NCBI RefSeq assembly: GCF_049969415.1
Contig: NZ_JBMFOX010000003.1
Coordinates: 1-64,000 of the forward strand
Length of the DNA stretch: 64,000 nucleotides
Source: Candidatus Hadarchaeum sp.
GTDB lineage: Archaea; Hadarchaeota; Hadarchaeia; Hadarchaeales; Hadarchaeaceae
Direction: 5' to 3'
Part shown: positions 21,605 to 30,979 of the stretch, piece after piece
Layout: every line of letters starts with the position of its first letter
Numbering within the stretch: position 1 is the first letter of the stretch
Notes under the pieces: generated by a model
Told to the model about the DNA's origin: nothing
Databases searched by the model: none
Seen by the model: the letters and a program-made list of their open reading frames with translations, nothing else
Program-made: the position numbers and the translations under genes

Positions 21605-22267
21605 CTATTTAGTCTGCATCGCCCGGGTGGCGATGACGTGGGCGAGCCTCAGCGGCTCGGGCAAGCGATGCTCTCGGGTCGTTTCCAAAGTGATTTTAAT
21701 CGCCGTCGGGAGCGAGATTTTGTGCCCAACGCTGACGTACACGGGCCGGCCTCTGTCTCTGGTCCTGACCACCGCACCGATGGTTTCTCCGTCTTCCTTC
21801 AGCAGGGAAAAGCTGCCCCGCATTTTTCCCGGTTCCTCGGCCCCACCGCAGAGCTTGGATTTGGCCACCCCTAGCGTCGGCCGGTCGAGGATTACCCCGA
21901 GATGGCTGGCGAGCCCCGCCCGTCTCGGGTGAGCGACACCTTGGGCCCCGACCATGTACACGTCCGCCTCAATTCCATGCAGGACCTTAAGCATTCCCTC
22001 CAGCTCCCGGAAGGCGAGGAAGGTGGGCAGGTAAGGAAATTTCAGCTTGAGCTTGATAGCCCTCTGATCAAGAACCTCCAAAGCAGGATAACTCAGGACC
22101 ACCGCGGCCGCAAAGGCCCGGTCGCTTTGGGCAAAGGAGATGTCGCATCCGGCAATCTTCTCCAACTTGCTGAAGCCATCGCTCTGGACGACCCTTTCGG
22201 CGACCCGCTCCTGCACCTTGGCCAGTTCCTTCAGGTCTAGCTTCGGCGGGGTCAGGAGTGGCAGCAT
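21605..22267 (-). CDS. nfi: Endonuclease V
   Basis: AGCDISF, PYLPTFLAFRE, GVAHPRRAGLASHLG, PEPLRLAH. Confidence 0.93.
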   Translation of the reverse strand: MLPLLTPPKLDLKELAKVQERVAERVVQSDGFSKLEKIAGCDISFAQSDRAFAAAVVLSYPALEVLDQRAIKLKLKFPYLPTFLAFRELEGMLKVLHGIEADVYMVGAQGVAHPRRAGLASHLGVILDRPTLGVAKSKLCGGAEEPGKMRGSFSLLKEDGETIGAVVRTRDRGRPVYVSVGHKISLPTAIKITLETTREHRLPEPLRLAHVIATRAMQTK

Positions 22268-22408
22268 CTCATCGGATTAGCTTATCTCTCCCGCGGTTAA
22301 AAACTCCCTGGCCTCCGTAGGGCCACTCAACCTGCCGAAGGGCCGTGGCAAAGCCTCTTATTTGGGTTGAAGTTAATTCTAAGATGTAAACCGGTTCGGG
22401 TGGATTAA

Positions 22409-22579
22409 ATGGTGAAGGGTCCCAAGTGCAAGCTCTGTGGCAAGGCGATTCAGATCATGAGCTACGATTCAGCGTACGTCAAGCTGGTCAAGCCGGGCGA
22501 GGCGAAGGCCACCTTTGTCTGCTGGAGCTGCGCGGAGAAAAAACTTGGCGAGAAGCTGAATGAGATCACCGGGGCTTAG
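22409..22579 (+). CDS. Small zinc-finger protein (56 aa), absent from ORF track
   Basis: MVKGPKCKLCGKAIQIMSYDSAYVKLVKPGEAKATFVCWSCAEKKLGEKLNEITGA; two CxxC motifs; GGTGGA upstream. Confidence 0.75.
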   Translation: MVKGPKCKLCGKAIQIMSYDSAYVKLVKPGEAKATFVCWSCAEKKLGEKLNEITGA

Positions 22580-22593
22580 CTTCTGGTGAGACC

Positions 22594-23673
22594 TTGTCGC
22601 GGGCGACCCCCGAGGATCACGTACTGATGTCGTTGGCGATAAAGAGGGTAGGCAGATTTGTTGAGCTTTCCCATATCCAAGAGAAGATAAGCCGCGATGC
22701 CGGCAGGAAGTTTTCCGAGGAGGAGACGAGACAGCTCCTGGACTCCTTGGTGAAGAATGGCCTAGTGGTGGAGAAGGCGGGCGAGTATTCCCTGTCCGAC
22801 CGCGGCCGGGAATATTTTGAGAAGAGGTGGCGCCAGATCAGGTCGGAGCTGAACCAGGATTATCTCAAGGTCTACCGGGCCAAACGTTATTATCCCCAAG
22901 TGGTCGATGTTCTGCTTGAGTTCTGCCGCGACCGCTGGGTCTCGGTTTTCAGGCTCTTCACCGGCAGGGCTTGGCTGCAGCGGAAGCTGGGGCCCAAATA
23001 CATCACGATCAAGAGCCGAGAGGATATCGAGAGGTGGTTGGATATCCACGGTATCGACTTCATTCCCTACCTGCACCGGGTGGGCAGCGACCGTCCCGAC
23101 TGGCTGGTCATTGACTTTGATGCGGGAAAGGGGGTTCCTCTGGAGGAGACCAAAAAGGTGGTCCGGACGGCGCATGAGGTGTTGGTGGGTTATGGGGTCG
23201 AACCGGCGCTGAAGTTCTCGGGATCGCGCGGTTTCCAGATCTGGGCGCGGTTCAAGCCCCACGAGTTGCCGCCAGACTACCGGCCCAAGCCGCTCAGGAC
23301 CGAGAGGAGGGAGCGCAACCTCTTTAGCTTCTATGCGGACATCGTCAGATTTGTGGAGTCGCGGGTTGCCGAGAAGCTGCCCGGGCTGACGACTTCAGAG
23401 ACGGCGAAAAAGGAGGAACGGGCCAACAAGGTCCTGCTCGATGCCTCGATTATCAAACCCATGGGTGATGTCCGGGCTCCTTACAGCATGCACTACAAGA
23501 CCGGACTGATTTCCATGCCGCTGTCAATTGGGGAGTTGACGAAGTTTGTTCCCGACCGGGCTGACCCCGAGCTGGTGGCCGAACGCTATCGGGAGAGGGG
23601 CAACGAGTTCCAGCCGAGGGAGTGTGACGGAGAGGAACTCTTCAAAGACACCGTGGAATGGTGTCGCGCCTGA
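22594..23673 (+). CDS. LigD-type primase-polymerase (AEP) with probable N-terminal winged helix
   Basis: DRPDWLVIDFD, KFSGSRGFQI, KVLLD, VRAPYS; wing-like GLVVEKAGEYSLSDRGREY. Confidence 0.75.
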   Translation: MSRATPEDHVLMSLAIKRVGRFVELSHIQEKISRDAGRKFSEEETRQLLDSLVKNGLVVEKAGEYSLSDRGREYFEKRWRQIRSELNQDYLKVYRAKRYYPQVVDVLLEFCRDRWVSVFRLFTGRAWLQRKLGPKYITIKSREDIERWLDIHGIDFIPYLHRVGSDRPDWLVIDFDAGKGVPLEETKKVVRTAHEVLVGYGVEPALKFSGSRGFQIWARFKPHELPPDYRPKPLRTERRERNLFSFYADIVRFVESRVAEKLPGLTTSETAKKEERANKVLLDASIIKPMGDVRAPYSMHYKTGLISMPLSIGELTKFVPDRADPELVAERYRERGNEFQPRECDGEELFKDTVEWCRA

Positions 23674-23748
23674 ATTGACTCCCCAAGAACGGAAACCTGC
23701 TTTCTGAAAAGGAATATACGTTATTGAAGTTAGGGGATAGTTAGGGCG

Positions 23749-24966
23749 GTGAGGATGAACTTTTATGCGTTGCCCACTTTAGTCGGCATTATTCTGACCT
23801 TGGTTCTGGCCGCCTTTACGCTCCGGGCCCCTAGGAAAAGGATCAACCTGGTTTTCCTGCTGATGCTCGTCTGCGCTTTTTTCTGGATGCTGAGCGAATT
23901 CATGAGGCGCATTTACTTCAGTTTACCTTCCCCTGATTTTTGGAGCTAGGTGGAAACGGTCGGGGTAATTTTTATCGCCCCTTTCTCTCTCCGTTTTGTC
24001 GCTCTGATCCAAGCTTCCACCAACCCCCGCCTGTTGAACGATAACCGTTTCTGGTGGCTGCTCTTCGGCGTTGGCTGCGCCTTTGTTGTTCTTCTGGTCA
24101 CCGGCAATCTGATCGGTGCAACGGTGCTTTATTACTGGGGCTATGATTACAACCTGAAGCCGGCCTACGCACTTCTTTACGTCTACGTAGTGGTGATTCT
24201 GGTCGTCTCGGCAATCCGTCTCTTCAGGCTCTTTCGACAGATGCAAACCGGATTCTTTCGCAAGTACTTGAGGAACACGCTGGTGGGCTGCTTGCTGGCG
24301 CTGGGATTTTTGTTGGCTGGAGACTTCGCCCTGGTCCTCCTTGATGTCGAGTTCCCATCGACGGCCGCTTTCGGTTTAATCGCAGTGGAGGTCTCGCTGG
24401 GAAGCGCCATAGTCCACCGCGCCTTCATGCCTTTGCCGCCACTGTCGCGGTTTCTGCTGCCGCTTCCCGAGGCCAGCCTCTCCACCCCACGCAGGCACCG
24501 GCTGGCTAAAGGGCGAAGCTATCTGGTTTTGAGTGCCCGGCCGCAGTGGCGGGAGATATTTTTAGATCAGATTATTCACGGTGTTCCAGGGTTCTGGATT
24601 ACCTCGCGAAGCCCAAAGGAGGTGGAAAGGCACGGTCTGCTCCGAACCCCAGTAATTTTTATTTCTTCGCACCGGATTCTCGGGGAGATCGTCATACCTC
24701 CAAAGGAGCTGAATCGATTGAAGGAGTTCGTGGAAAGTCGGCTGAGCTTTGTCCGGGGCAGGTCAGTGGTTCTCTTGGATTGCTTCTACGAGTTGATGGT
24801 GGAAAATGGCTTTAGACGCACGCTTGATTTCGTGCACGAGCTGGCTGAGATCTGTTCTGGACACGCTTCCAACCTCATTGTACCGTTGAACCCGCGAAGG
24901 TTCACGGGGCGTCAGCTCAAGCTGATCGAGGAGGTGCTCGGTGCCATTAGATTGGTCGGAGATTGA
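23749..24966 (+). pseudogene. 7TM sensor-like membrane protein with C-terminal DUF835-like domain, split by one in-frame TAG
   Basis: ORFs 23749-23949 and 23950-24966 share a frame; TAG at 23947-23949; C-terminal SVVLLDCFYELMVENGF. Confidence 0.65.
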
Positions 24967-25021
24967 GGTAGCCATGGACTTTTTATCTCTAGCGGCTGAG
25001 ACATCCCTTGAGTGAGCCGGC

Positions 25022-25183
25022 ATGGCTGAGGAGAAGAAAAAGAGCAGGGCCGAAGAGACCGCCGAGAAGACAGGTGAAGTCTTGGGCAAAGGAGTGAAGA
25101 AGGGCTGGGGCATCGTTAAGGGTGTCGGAAAGGGCCTGGCTAAGGGCGTCAAAGGCAAAGAGGAAAAGAAGGAAGAGGAGTAA
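25022..25183 (+). CDS. Small Lys/Gly-rich protein (53 aa), absent from ORF track
   Basis: MAEEKKKSRAEETAEKTGEVLGKGVKKGWGIVKGVGKGLAKGVKGKEEKKEEE; host-like codon usage. Confidence 0.7.
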   Translation: MAEEKKKSRAEETAEKTGEVLGKGVKKGWGIVKGVGKGLAKGVKGKEEKKEEE

Positions 25184-25392
25184 ACAGGTGCTGCTCGGGC
25201 TGGATCGGCGTGTTATCCCAGCGGTTAAATTATAGGTTTGCCTTCAAACTTTAACGATGGTCTTTATCTTTAAACCAATATGCGGGCAGGGAAATCAGAC
25301 CGAAGGATTAACGACTTCGGTCAGCAGGGCGCCTGTCCCATTAGGCATACAAATCCTGAGCGCTCTATATCCATGGATGTGGCGGTGATGGT

Positions 25393-26451
25393 GTGGTTGC
25401 CACCTTGGTGCTGGAAATAAATCCCGAGTCCCCGGACCTAGAGAAGATCAGGTTTGCGGCCCGCGTTATCAGGGAGGGAGGTCTGGTCGCTTTTCCCACC
25501 GAGACAGTATATGGGCTTGGGGCCAACGCGCTGGATGAGGCGGCCGTGCAGAGAATTTTTCAAGTGAAGAACCGGCCCATGGATAATCCGCTCATCGTTC
25601 ATATTGCCGACAGGGACGACGTGCACTTGCTGGCGGAGACGGTACCTGCTCAGGCGGAGAGGCTCATCGAGACCTTCTGGCCCGGGCCGTTGACGTTGCT
25701 CTTGCCGAAATCAGAGCTTGTGCCCGCCGTCACCACCGCTGGACTGGCCACCGTCGCGGTGAGGATGCCTAGCCATCCCATCGCCCAGTCCCTGATCCGG
25801 GAGGCGGATGTTCCGGTGGCCGCCCCGAGCGCCAACCTCGCGGGCAGGCCGAGCCCGACTTCCGCCAGGCACGTTTGGGAAGACCTTTCCGGCAAGATAG
25901 AGATTCTGATCGATGGCGGTGAGGTGGGTTACGGTGTCGAGTCCACGGTTCTCGATGTGACCTCCGATCCGCCGGTACTGCTGAGGCCGGGCCCGATCAC
26001 GGTCACCGAGCTGAGACGGGTGCTGGGCAGAGTTGAGGTTCATCCTATCGCGCGAGCGGAAATGCCCGTTGAGGCCGCCATCGCGAAGGCGCCGGGCATG
26101 AAGTACCGGCATTATGCTCCCAGAGCGGAGCTGGTGTTGGTCGAGGGCCCGCCCCAGGCAGTGGTCGCTAAGATCAGGGAACTTGCGGCCGGTTATGATG
26201 GTGAGGGAAAAAGGGTCGGCATCATGGCGGTGGCGGAGACCGCCGCGGAATACGGATTAGCCTTGGTGAAGGTGGTCGGGGAGCGCCGGAACCCCCGAAC
26301 CATTGCCAAGGGGCTGTTCAGAACCCTCCGGGAGTTCGACGCGGAGAATGTAAACGTCATCCTCGCCGAGGGTGTTGAACCCACGGGCATCGGCCTTGCG
26401 ATCATGAACAGGCTCCGAAAGGCGGCGGCAAACATCGTCAGGGCCGGATAA
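25393..26451 (+). CDS. sua5: L-threonylcarbamoyladenylate synthase Sua5
   Basis: FPTETVYGLGA, KNRPMDNPLIVH, APSAN, PGMKYRHYAP. Confidence 0.96.
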   Translation: MVATLVLEINPESPDLEKIRFAARVIREGGLVAFPTETVYGLGANALDEAAVQRIFQVKNRPMDNPLIVHIADRDDVHLLAETVPAQAERLIETFWPGPLTLLLPKSELVPAVTTAGLATVAVRMPSHPIAQSLIREADVPVAAPSANLAGRPSPTSARHVWEDLSGKIEILIDGGEVGYGVESTVLDVTSDPPVLLRPGPITVTELRRVLGRVEVHPIARAEMPVEAAIAKAPGMKYRHYAPRAELVLVEGPPQAVVAKIRELAAGYDGEGKRVGIMAVAETAAEYGLALVKVVGERRNPRTIAKGLFRTLREFDAENVNVILAEGVEPTGIGLAIMNRLRKAAANIVRAG

Positions 26452-26534
26452 GTCTTGGCCGACCGGAGAAACGGAATGACCCTTGGGCACGGAAAAGTGA
26501 TTCTTTGGATGCAGATTTTGACAAATTATGTTTA

Positions 26535-26646
26535 TGGCGGGCCCGGTGGGATTCGAACCCACGACCGATCGGTTAGCTCCCAATCGACCGTTAAGAGCCG
26601 ATTGCTTTTGGCCGGAAACCCGACTGCCAGACTGAGCCACGGGCCC
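26535..26646 (-). tRNA. tRNA-Lys(CTT) with two introns (22/23 and 37/38)
   Basis: Removing 26607-26623 and 26574-26591 gives GGGCCCGTGGCTCAGTCTGGCAGAGCAATCGGCTCTTAACCGATCGGTCGTGGGTTCGAATCCCACCGGGCCCGCCA; BHB motif at both introns. Confidence 0.93.
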
Positions 26647-26794
26647 GCTTTCAATATCCGCTTCTAAATTTAAAAAATGGTTGAGCAATTAAAGGTTTCT
26701 CCTTTTTCACGCTAACTATATACAAAAACTATTGAAAATCTTCTTGGTCTTACAATCAAGCTGAACGGATTCAAAATCGTAGCCCGTTTTTTAA

Positions 26795-27997
26795 TTAATC
26801 CCAAGGCTTTAAAATCAGAGCTCTTTTGGGGCAAACTTGTGCGCAGAGTCCGCAGGCATCACATTTTTCTTGGTTGATTTTAGGTAGCCCATCTTCTATC
26901 GTGATGGCCGCAGAACCACCGTCCATACAGGCGATTTGACACAGCCCGCACTTGGTACATCGAGAGGCGTTTAACACCGGTGTTGTCCAATAAGAGTAAT
27001 CCAGATTTTCTTGGCTCTTGATTTTGGGCAAGACGTAACCCACCAATTCCTTTACCGAACCAAACCCCTTGCTGTAGAGATAGGTCGAAACGCCGTCTTT
27101 GAGGTTACTTATAATTCTATATCCTCCGATCATTACGGCGGTGCAGAGTTGGACAGTTGATGCTCCTACCATGAAAAATTCAACCGCGTCTTCCCATTTA
27201 GATATTCCACCGATTCCAGAGATGGGTAACTTAGTTGCTTTTGCTATCTGCGCCACGCAGCGGAGGGAAATGGGTTTGATTGCCGGGCCGGAGATTCCTC
27301 CTAATGCGGATATCCCTTTTACGGAGGGCAAGGGTTCCATTCTTTCGAGGTCTATTCCTATAAGACCCTTGATGGTGTTTATGGCGGAGATGGCGTCGGC
27401 TCCTCCATCTTCGGCCGCCTTTGCCGTTAAGGTTATGTCCGTCACGTTAGGGGTGAGTTTTACCATTATTGGTACGGTTGCGACCTCTTTGGCCAAACTC
27501 GTGGCTTCCCGCGTTAAATTTGGATCTTGCCCCAAGGTTGCGCCTACGGTCCATACTTCATCAGTCAACGGGCAGGATAAATTAAGTTCAATCATATCGG
27601 CTCCGGCCTCCTGCAGGTCTTTAATCATCCGTTGCCAGCACTCCGGTTCCGCGCCGCCCATTAGATTTGGTATCAAGATTTTCTCCGGATATTTTTTCTT
27701 GATTTCCGTGATTTTAGGCAGCCATTCCTTTAAGGGGTAAATCACCGATTCTATATTTTCAATCGCGATTACCTTTCCACCGTAATGTAGGCTGGCTATT
27801 CTGGGATGGGGATCTGGCCGCGGTTTTGAACCCAAAACCTTTGTGACTACACCGGCCCATCCGGCTTCAAAGGCTCTCTCTATCTTGTTGACATTTGCTG
27901 TTGGTGGCCCTGAGGAGAGGAGAAACGGGTTTTCAAATCTGAGCCCGCAGAACTCCATCGACAGATCAACTTTTTTACTATCAGTCGGATTCAACAA
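26795..27997 (-). CDS. preA: Dihydropyrimidine dehydrogenase subunit PreA
   Basis: ENPFLLSSGPPT, ELNLSCP, KLTPNVTDI, two C-terminal 4Fe-4S motifs. Confidence 0.9.
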   Translation of the reverse strand: MLNPTDSKKVDLSMEFCGLRFENPFLLSSGPPTANVNKIERAFEAGWAGVVTKVLGSKPRPDPHPRIASLHYGGKVIAIENIESVIYPLKEWLPKITEIKKKYPEKILIPNLMGGAEPECWQRMIKDLQEAGADMIELNLSCPLTDEVWTVGATLGQDPNLTREATSLAKEVATVPIMVKLTPNVTDITLTAKAAEDGGADAISAINTIKGLIGIDLERMEPLPSVKGISALGGISGPAIKPISLRCVAQIAKATKLPISGIGGISKWEDAVEFFMVGASTVQLCTAVMIGGYRIISNLKDGVSTYLYSKGFGSVKELVGYVLPKIKSQENLDYSYWTTPVLNASRCTKCGLCQIACMDGGSAAITIEDGLPKINQEKCDACGLCAQVCPKRALILKPWD

Positions 27998-28006
27998 TTT
28001 TACCCC

Positions 28007-28705
28007 CTATGTTATTCTCGAATAAATATCTGGGACTTTTCTTGTCCTCAGTAGATTCTCAATCTCCTTTCCGCTTCGGATCTTTGAGGCATCGAACCTA
28101 TCGAGGTGCGTGAATTCATCTACCGGCCGCCTGAAACGCGGTGAGACGCGCTTCGCAGGGAAACCGAGCTGGAGGACTTCAATTATCTTGATGCATGGTA
28201 AGACACCTAAGAGTCGGCTGAGCCGCTTCCTGGTCAAGTGAAAATTTACGGTTCCCCAGCTGAGCCCTAGCCCGAGGGCCCTTGCTGCCAAGATCATGTT
28301 CTGAATGGCCGCCCCCATGCTGACATCTAAGATTTCTTCTCTGTAGCTGGTCTTTGGATAAGCCCTTGTGAATCGTTTGTCGGCGCAGACCACGATCAAA
28401 ACGGGAGGTTCAGTGAACCTCCTTCGTAAAACCTCACTGCTGTAGAAGGGAAATTTCCTGTCCAATTTTTTGGCCCTTTCGTAAGTCTCGGCGAAAATTT
28501 GGGCTATTTTCTCCTTTACTTCTGAATCCTTCACCACGATGAAGTCCCATGGCTGTGTATTGGCACCTGATGGGGCCCACCTAGCGGCCTCAAGTATTTT
28601 TTCTATAAGTTTGTCAGGAACAGATTTGGGCTTAAAGTGTCGGACGGTGCCCTGCCCGCTCATGAGCTTGAGCAGTGTTTCGAACTCAGATTTTCCAGCT
28701 GACAC
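28007..28705 (-). CDS. Nitroreductase family flavoprotein
   Basis: AARWAPSGANTQPWDFIVV, AAIQNMILAARALGLG. Confidence 0.9.
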   Translation of the reverse strand: MSAGKSEFETLLKLMSGQGTVRHFKPKSVPDKLIEKILEAARWAPSGANTQPWDFIVVKDSEVKEKIAQIFAETYERAKKLDRKFPFYSSEVLRRRFTEPPVLIVVCADKRFTRAYPKTSYREEILDVSMGAAIQNMILAARALGLGLSWGTVNFHLTRKRLSRLLGVLPCIKIIEVLQLGFPAKRVSPRFRRPVDEFTHLDRFDASKIRSGKEIENLLRTRKVPDIYSRIT

Positions 28706-29943
28706 CTTTGTCCCCCCTTTCTATAATCCCGTCGAATATACTTACCCCATCCGGGTTTGCTCACGATTTCACCGTCCTCCATCACGATTTTTCCACGCAC
28801 CAAGGTTAACCACGGCACGCCCACAATCTCCCAACCAGCAAAGGGTGTGTAACCAGCTTTAGTATGCAAATTCTCTATCTTTATTCTGGTCCTTTTCCTT
28901 AAATCAATGATTGTTAAATCGGCATCCGCCCCTACTCTTATTGACCCCTTCCGCGGGTAAAGGCCTAATCTCCGAGCCGGGTTCTCGGAAGTGACTTTCA
29001 CAAAGGTTTCCATTGAAATTAAATTTTTTCTTACACCGTAGGTCAGCAAGAGTGGTATTCTTGTTTCGACCCCGGCCACACCCGACCCCGCTTTCCAGAT
29101 ATCTTTCCATCCCGCTTCAACTTCGGAGAGCGGCATTGGCCAGTGATCACTCGAGACCATATCTATTCCTCCGTTTTTCAATCCCTTCCAAAGGGCCACT
29201 CTGTTTTCCTCGCTTCTTATGGGAGGATTGCATTTCAAATATGGGCCGAGTTTCTTCATGTCTTCTTTCCGGAAAAGAAGGTGATGGGGAAGGGCCTCGG
29301 TGCTTACATCCTGCCCGTGGGCCCTTGCACGCACCACCAGATCAAGGCCGAGCTTCGTGCTCAAGTGGAAAATATGGAGGCGAACGCCCGCCTCACGTGC
29401 AAAAAGTAATGCCTTTGAGATCGCCTCTGCCTCTGCTATCTCTGGCCTAGCTTCACAGTGTGCGAGGGGATCCTTTCTTCTCTTAAGTTTTTTCATAAAG
29501 TGGGAGACGATTTCCCAGTTTTCCGCATGAACCCCGGCGATGCAGCCCGTTTTTCCGATGATTTTAAAAGCATCGAGCAGGGTGCCGTCTTCAACCCTCT
29601 CGAGTTCAGGTATGGATTCAGCCATGTAAATTTCACCGAATGCCATCACGCCTTCAGCAGCGAGCTTCGGCAGCTGGTCCAAGTTTTTTGACGTGACCGC
29701 ACCGTTAATTCCGAAGTCCACGATCGCTTTCCCTTCCGCAGCCTTGATAATCTCCCTTAGATTTTTTGGGCTGGTTGATGGTGGGTTGGTGTTGCCATGG
29801 TCGACCACCAAAGTGGTGCCACCCGCGGCCGCGGATTCTGTTCCCGTTTTCCAGTCCTCCCTGTAAGTGTAACCCGGATCTTGAAAGTGCACATGAAAAT
29901 CTATCCCGCCAGGAAGGACAATTTTTCCATTGCAATTTATCAC
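28660..29943 (-). CDS. Cyclic amidohydrolase (dihydroorotase/allantoinase/dihydropyrimidinase), N-terminally truncated
   Basis: LPGGIDFHVH, CNPPIR, SSDH, GADADL; in-frame TAA just upstream of ADRVINCNGK. Confidence 0.8.
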   Translation of the reverse strand: MINCNGKIVLPGGIDFHVHFQDPGYTYREDWKTGTESAAAGGTTLVVDHGNTNPPSTSPKNLREIIKAAEGKAIVDFGINGAVTSKNLDQLPKLAAEGVMAFGEIYMAESIPELERVEDGTLLDAFKIIGKTGCIAGVHAENWEIVSHFMKKLKRRKDPLAHCEARPEIAEAEAISKALLFAREAGVRLHIFHLSTKLGLDLVVRARAHGQDVSTEALPHHLLFRKEDMKKLGPYLKCNPPIRSEENRVALWKGLKNGGIDMVSSDHWPMPLSEVEAGWKDIWKAGSGVAGVETRIPLLLTYGVRKNLISMETFVKVTSENPARRLGLYPRKGSIRVGADADLTIIDLRKRTRIKIENLHTKAGYTPFAGWEIVGVPWLTLVRGKIVMEDGEIVSKPGWGKYIRRDYRKGGQRCQLENLSSKHCSSS

Positions 29944-29999
29944 CCTGTCGGCGGGCGGCCGAATTTATTTCTCACAGGGAAACCTCAACAGAGCTATCG

Positions 30000-30903
30000 G
30001 GTACAATTCCGTTCCGACGTCCAGAAATCAGGTGCTCGATTTCATCATTTGAAGCCCGGATTTCTCCACCAACACGCCAACCGCAAATTTCTTCATCCAG
30101 AACGGGGTGCCGGCCTCAAACGGAAAGAATCTCTTCGTTACCTCTGACTTTGATCGAAAGCTCTACGTCTGGAAAAGCCTTCCCGACCAAAGCGGCGCCT
30201 TTCCGGACATAGTGTATTCTCTGCAGGATGGGCCTTCACCGCGCTGTGGGAGAACACCCTCGCGCTCGCGGGGCAGAAAACTGTATATTTGGAGGAAACT
30301 CCCGCTGGAGGGGGACCTGCCGGACACGATCATCCAGGGTAGGATGGGGAGCATCGCCTTTCAAGATCTGAAGGGAGTAGCTTTGGACGACCGCTATTTC
30401 TACCTGGCGGACTATGGCGCGGAAAAGGTTTACGTATGGGAGGGGTTGCCGGACGAGAACCTGAATCCCTCACCCAAGTTCACTCTGAATGAAGACCCTC
30501 GGCGACTTTATTCTGAAGGCGAGTACCTCTCAGTCGACACAATCTACGACCATTCCGTCAAGATTTACCGGGTGGCAGAGATTTCAAACAACGCTGCTCC
30601 CGTTGCCTCTGTCGGCGGTCCAGGGCGGATGAACGGGCCCTAGGGCGCAGCAGTGAGACAGGGACATCTGTTCCTTGCGGATACGGGCTTCCACCGTGTT
30701 CTGGTCTGGGAGGACGTTGAGGAGGCGATATCAGGAAAATGGCCGCCGGATGTCATCTTGGGGAAGGGAGGCATCGTGATCGTCAGCCCAGAATCGGTCG
30801 TGACAGCCTCTTCAATCCGGCCGGAATTTGCTTTGACGGTGATTATCTCTGGGTCGGGGAGTTCAAGTTCTCAAACAGGATAGTGAGGTTCAGCCCTTTG
30901 TAG
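30000..30903 (+). pseudogene. Degraded NHL-repeat beta-propeller gene (boundaries approximate)
   Basis: Repeats such as LFVTSDFDRKLYVW, YLADYGAEKVYVW and LFLADTGFHRVLVW; in-frame TAG at 30641-30643 plus apparent frameshifts. Confidence 0.65.
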
Positions 30904-30979
30904 ATCAAGTTGCTCCGGATTCAGCCGTTTATCAAAAATGAAAAAAGGCAGCCACCCTAAGAGAGTTCTGTGGTGGAAG

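Noticed and set aside
23924-23954. Bulge-helix-loop-like fold around the in-frame TAG as a possible mRNA intron
   Set aside because: The predicted excision is 14 nt, which would shift the frame instead of restoring it.
30641-30643. Second in-frame TAG (NHL gene) as evidence of amber recoding
   Set aside because: The same gene also has apparent frameshifts and truncation, so decay explains it.
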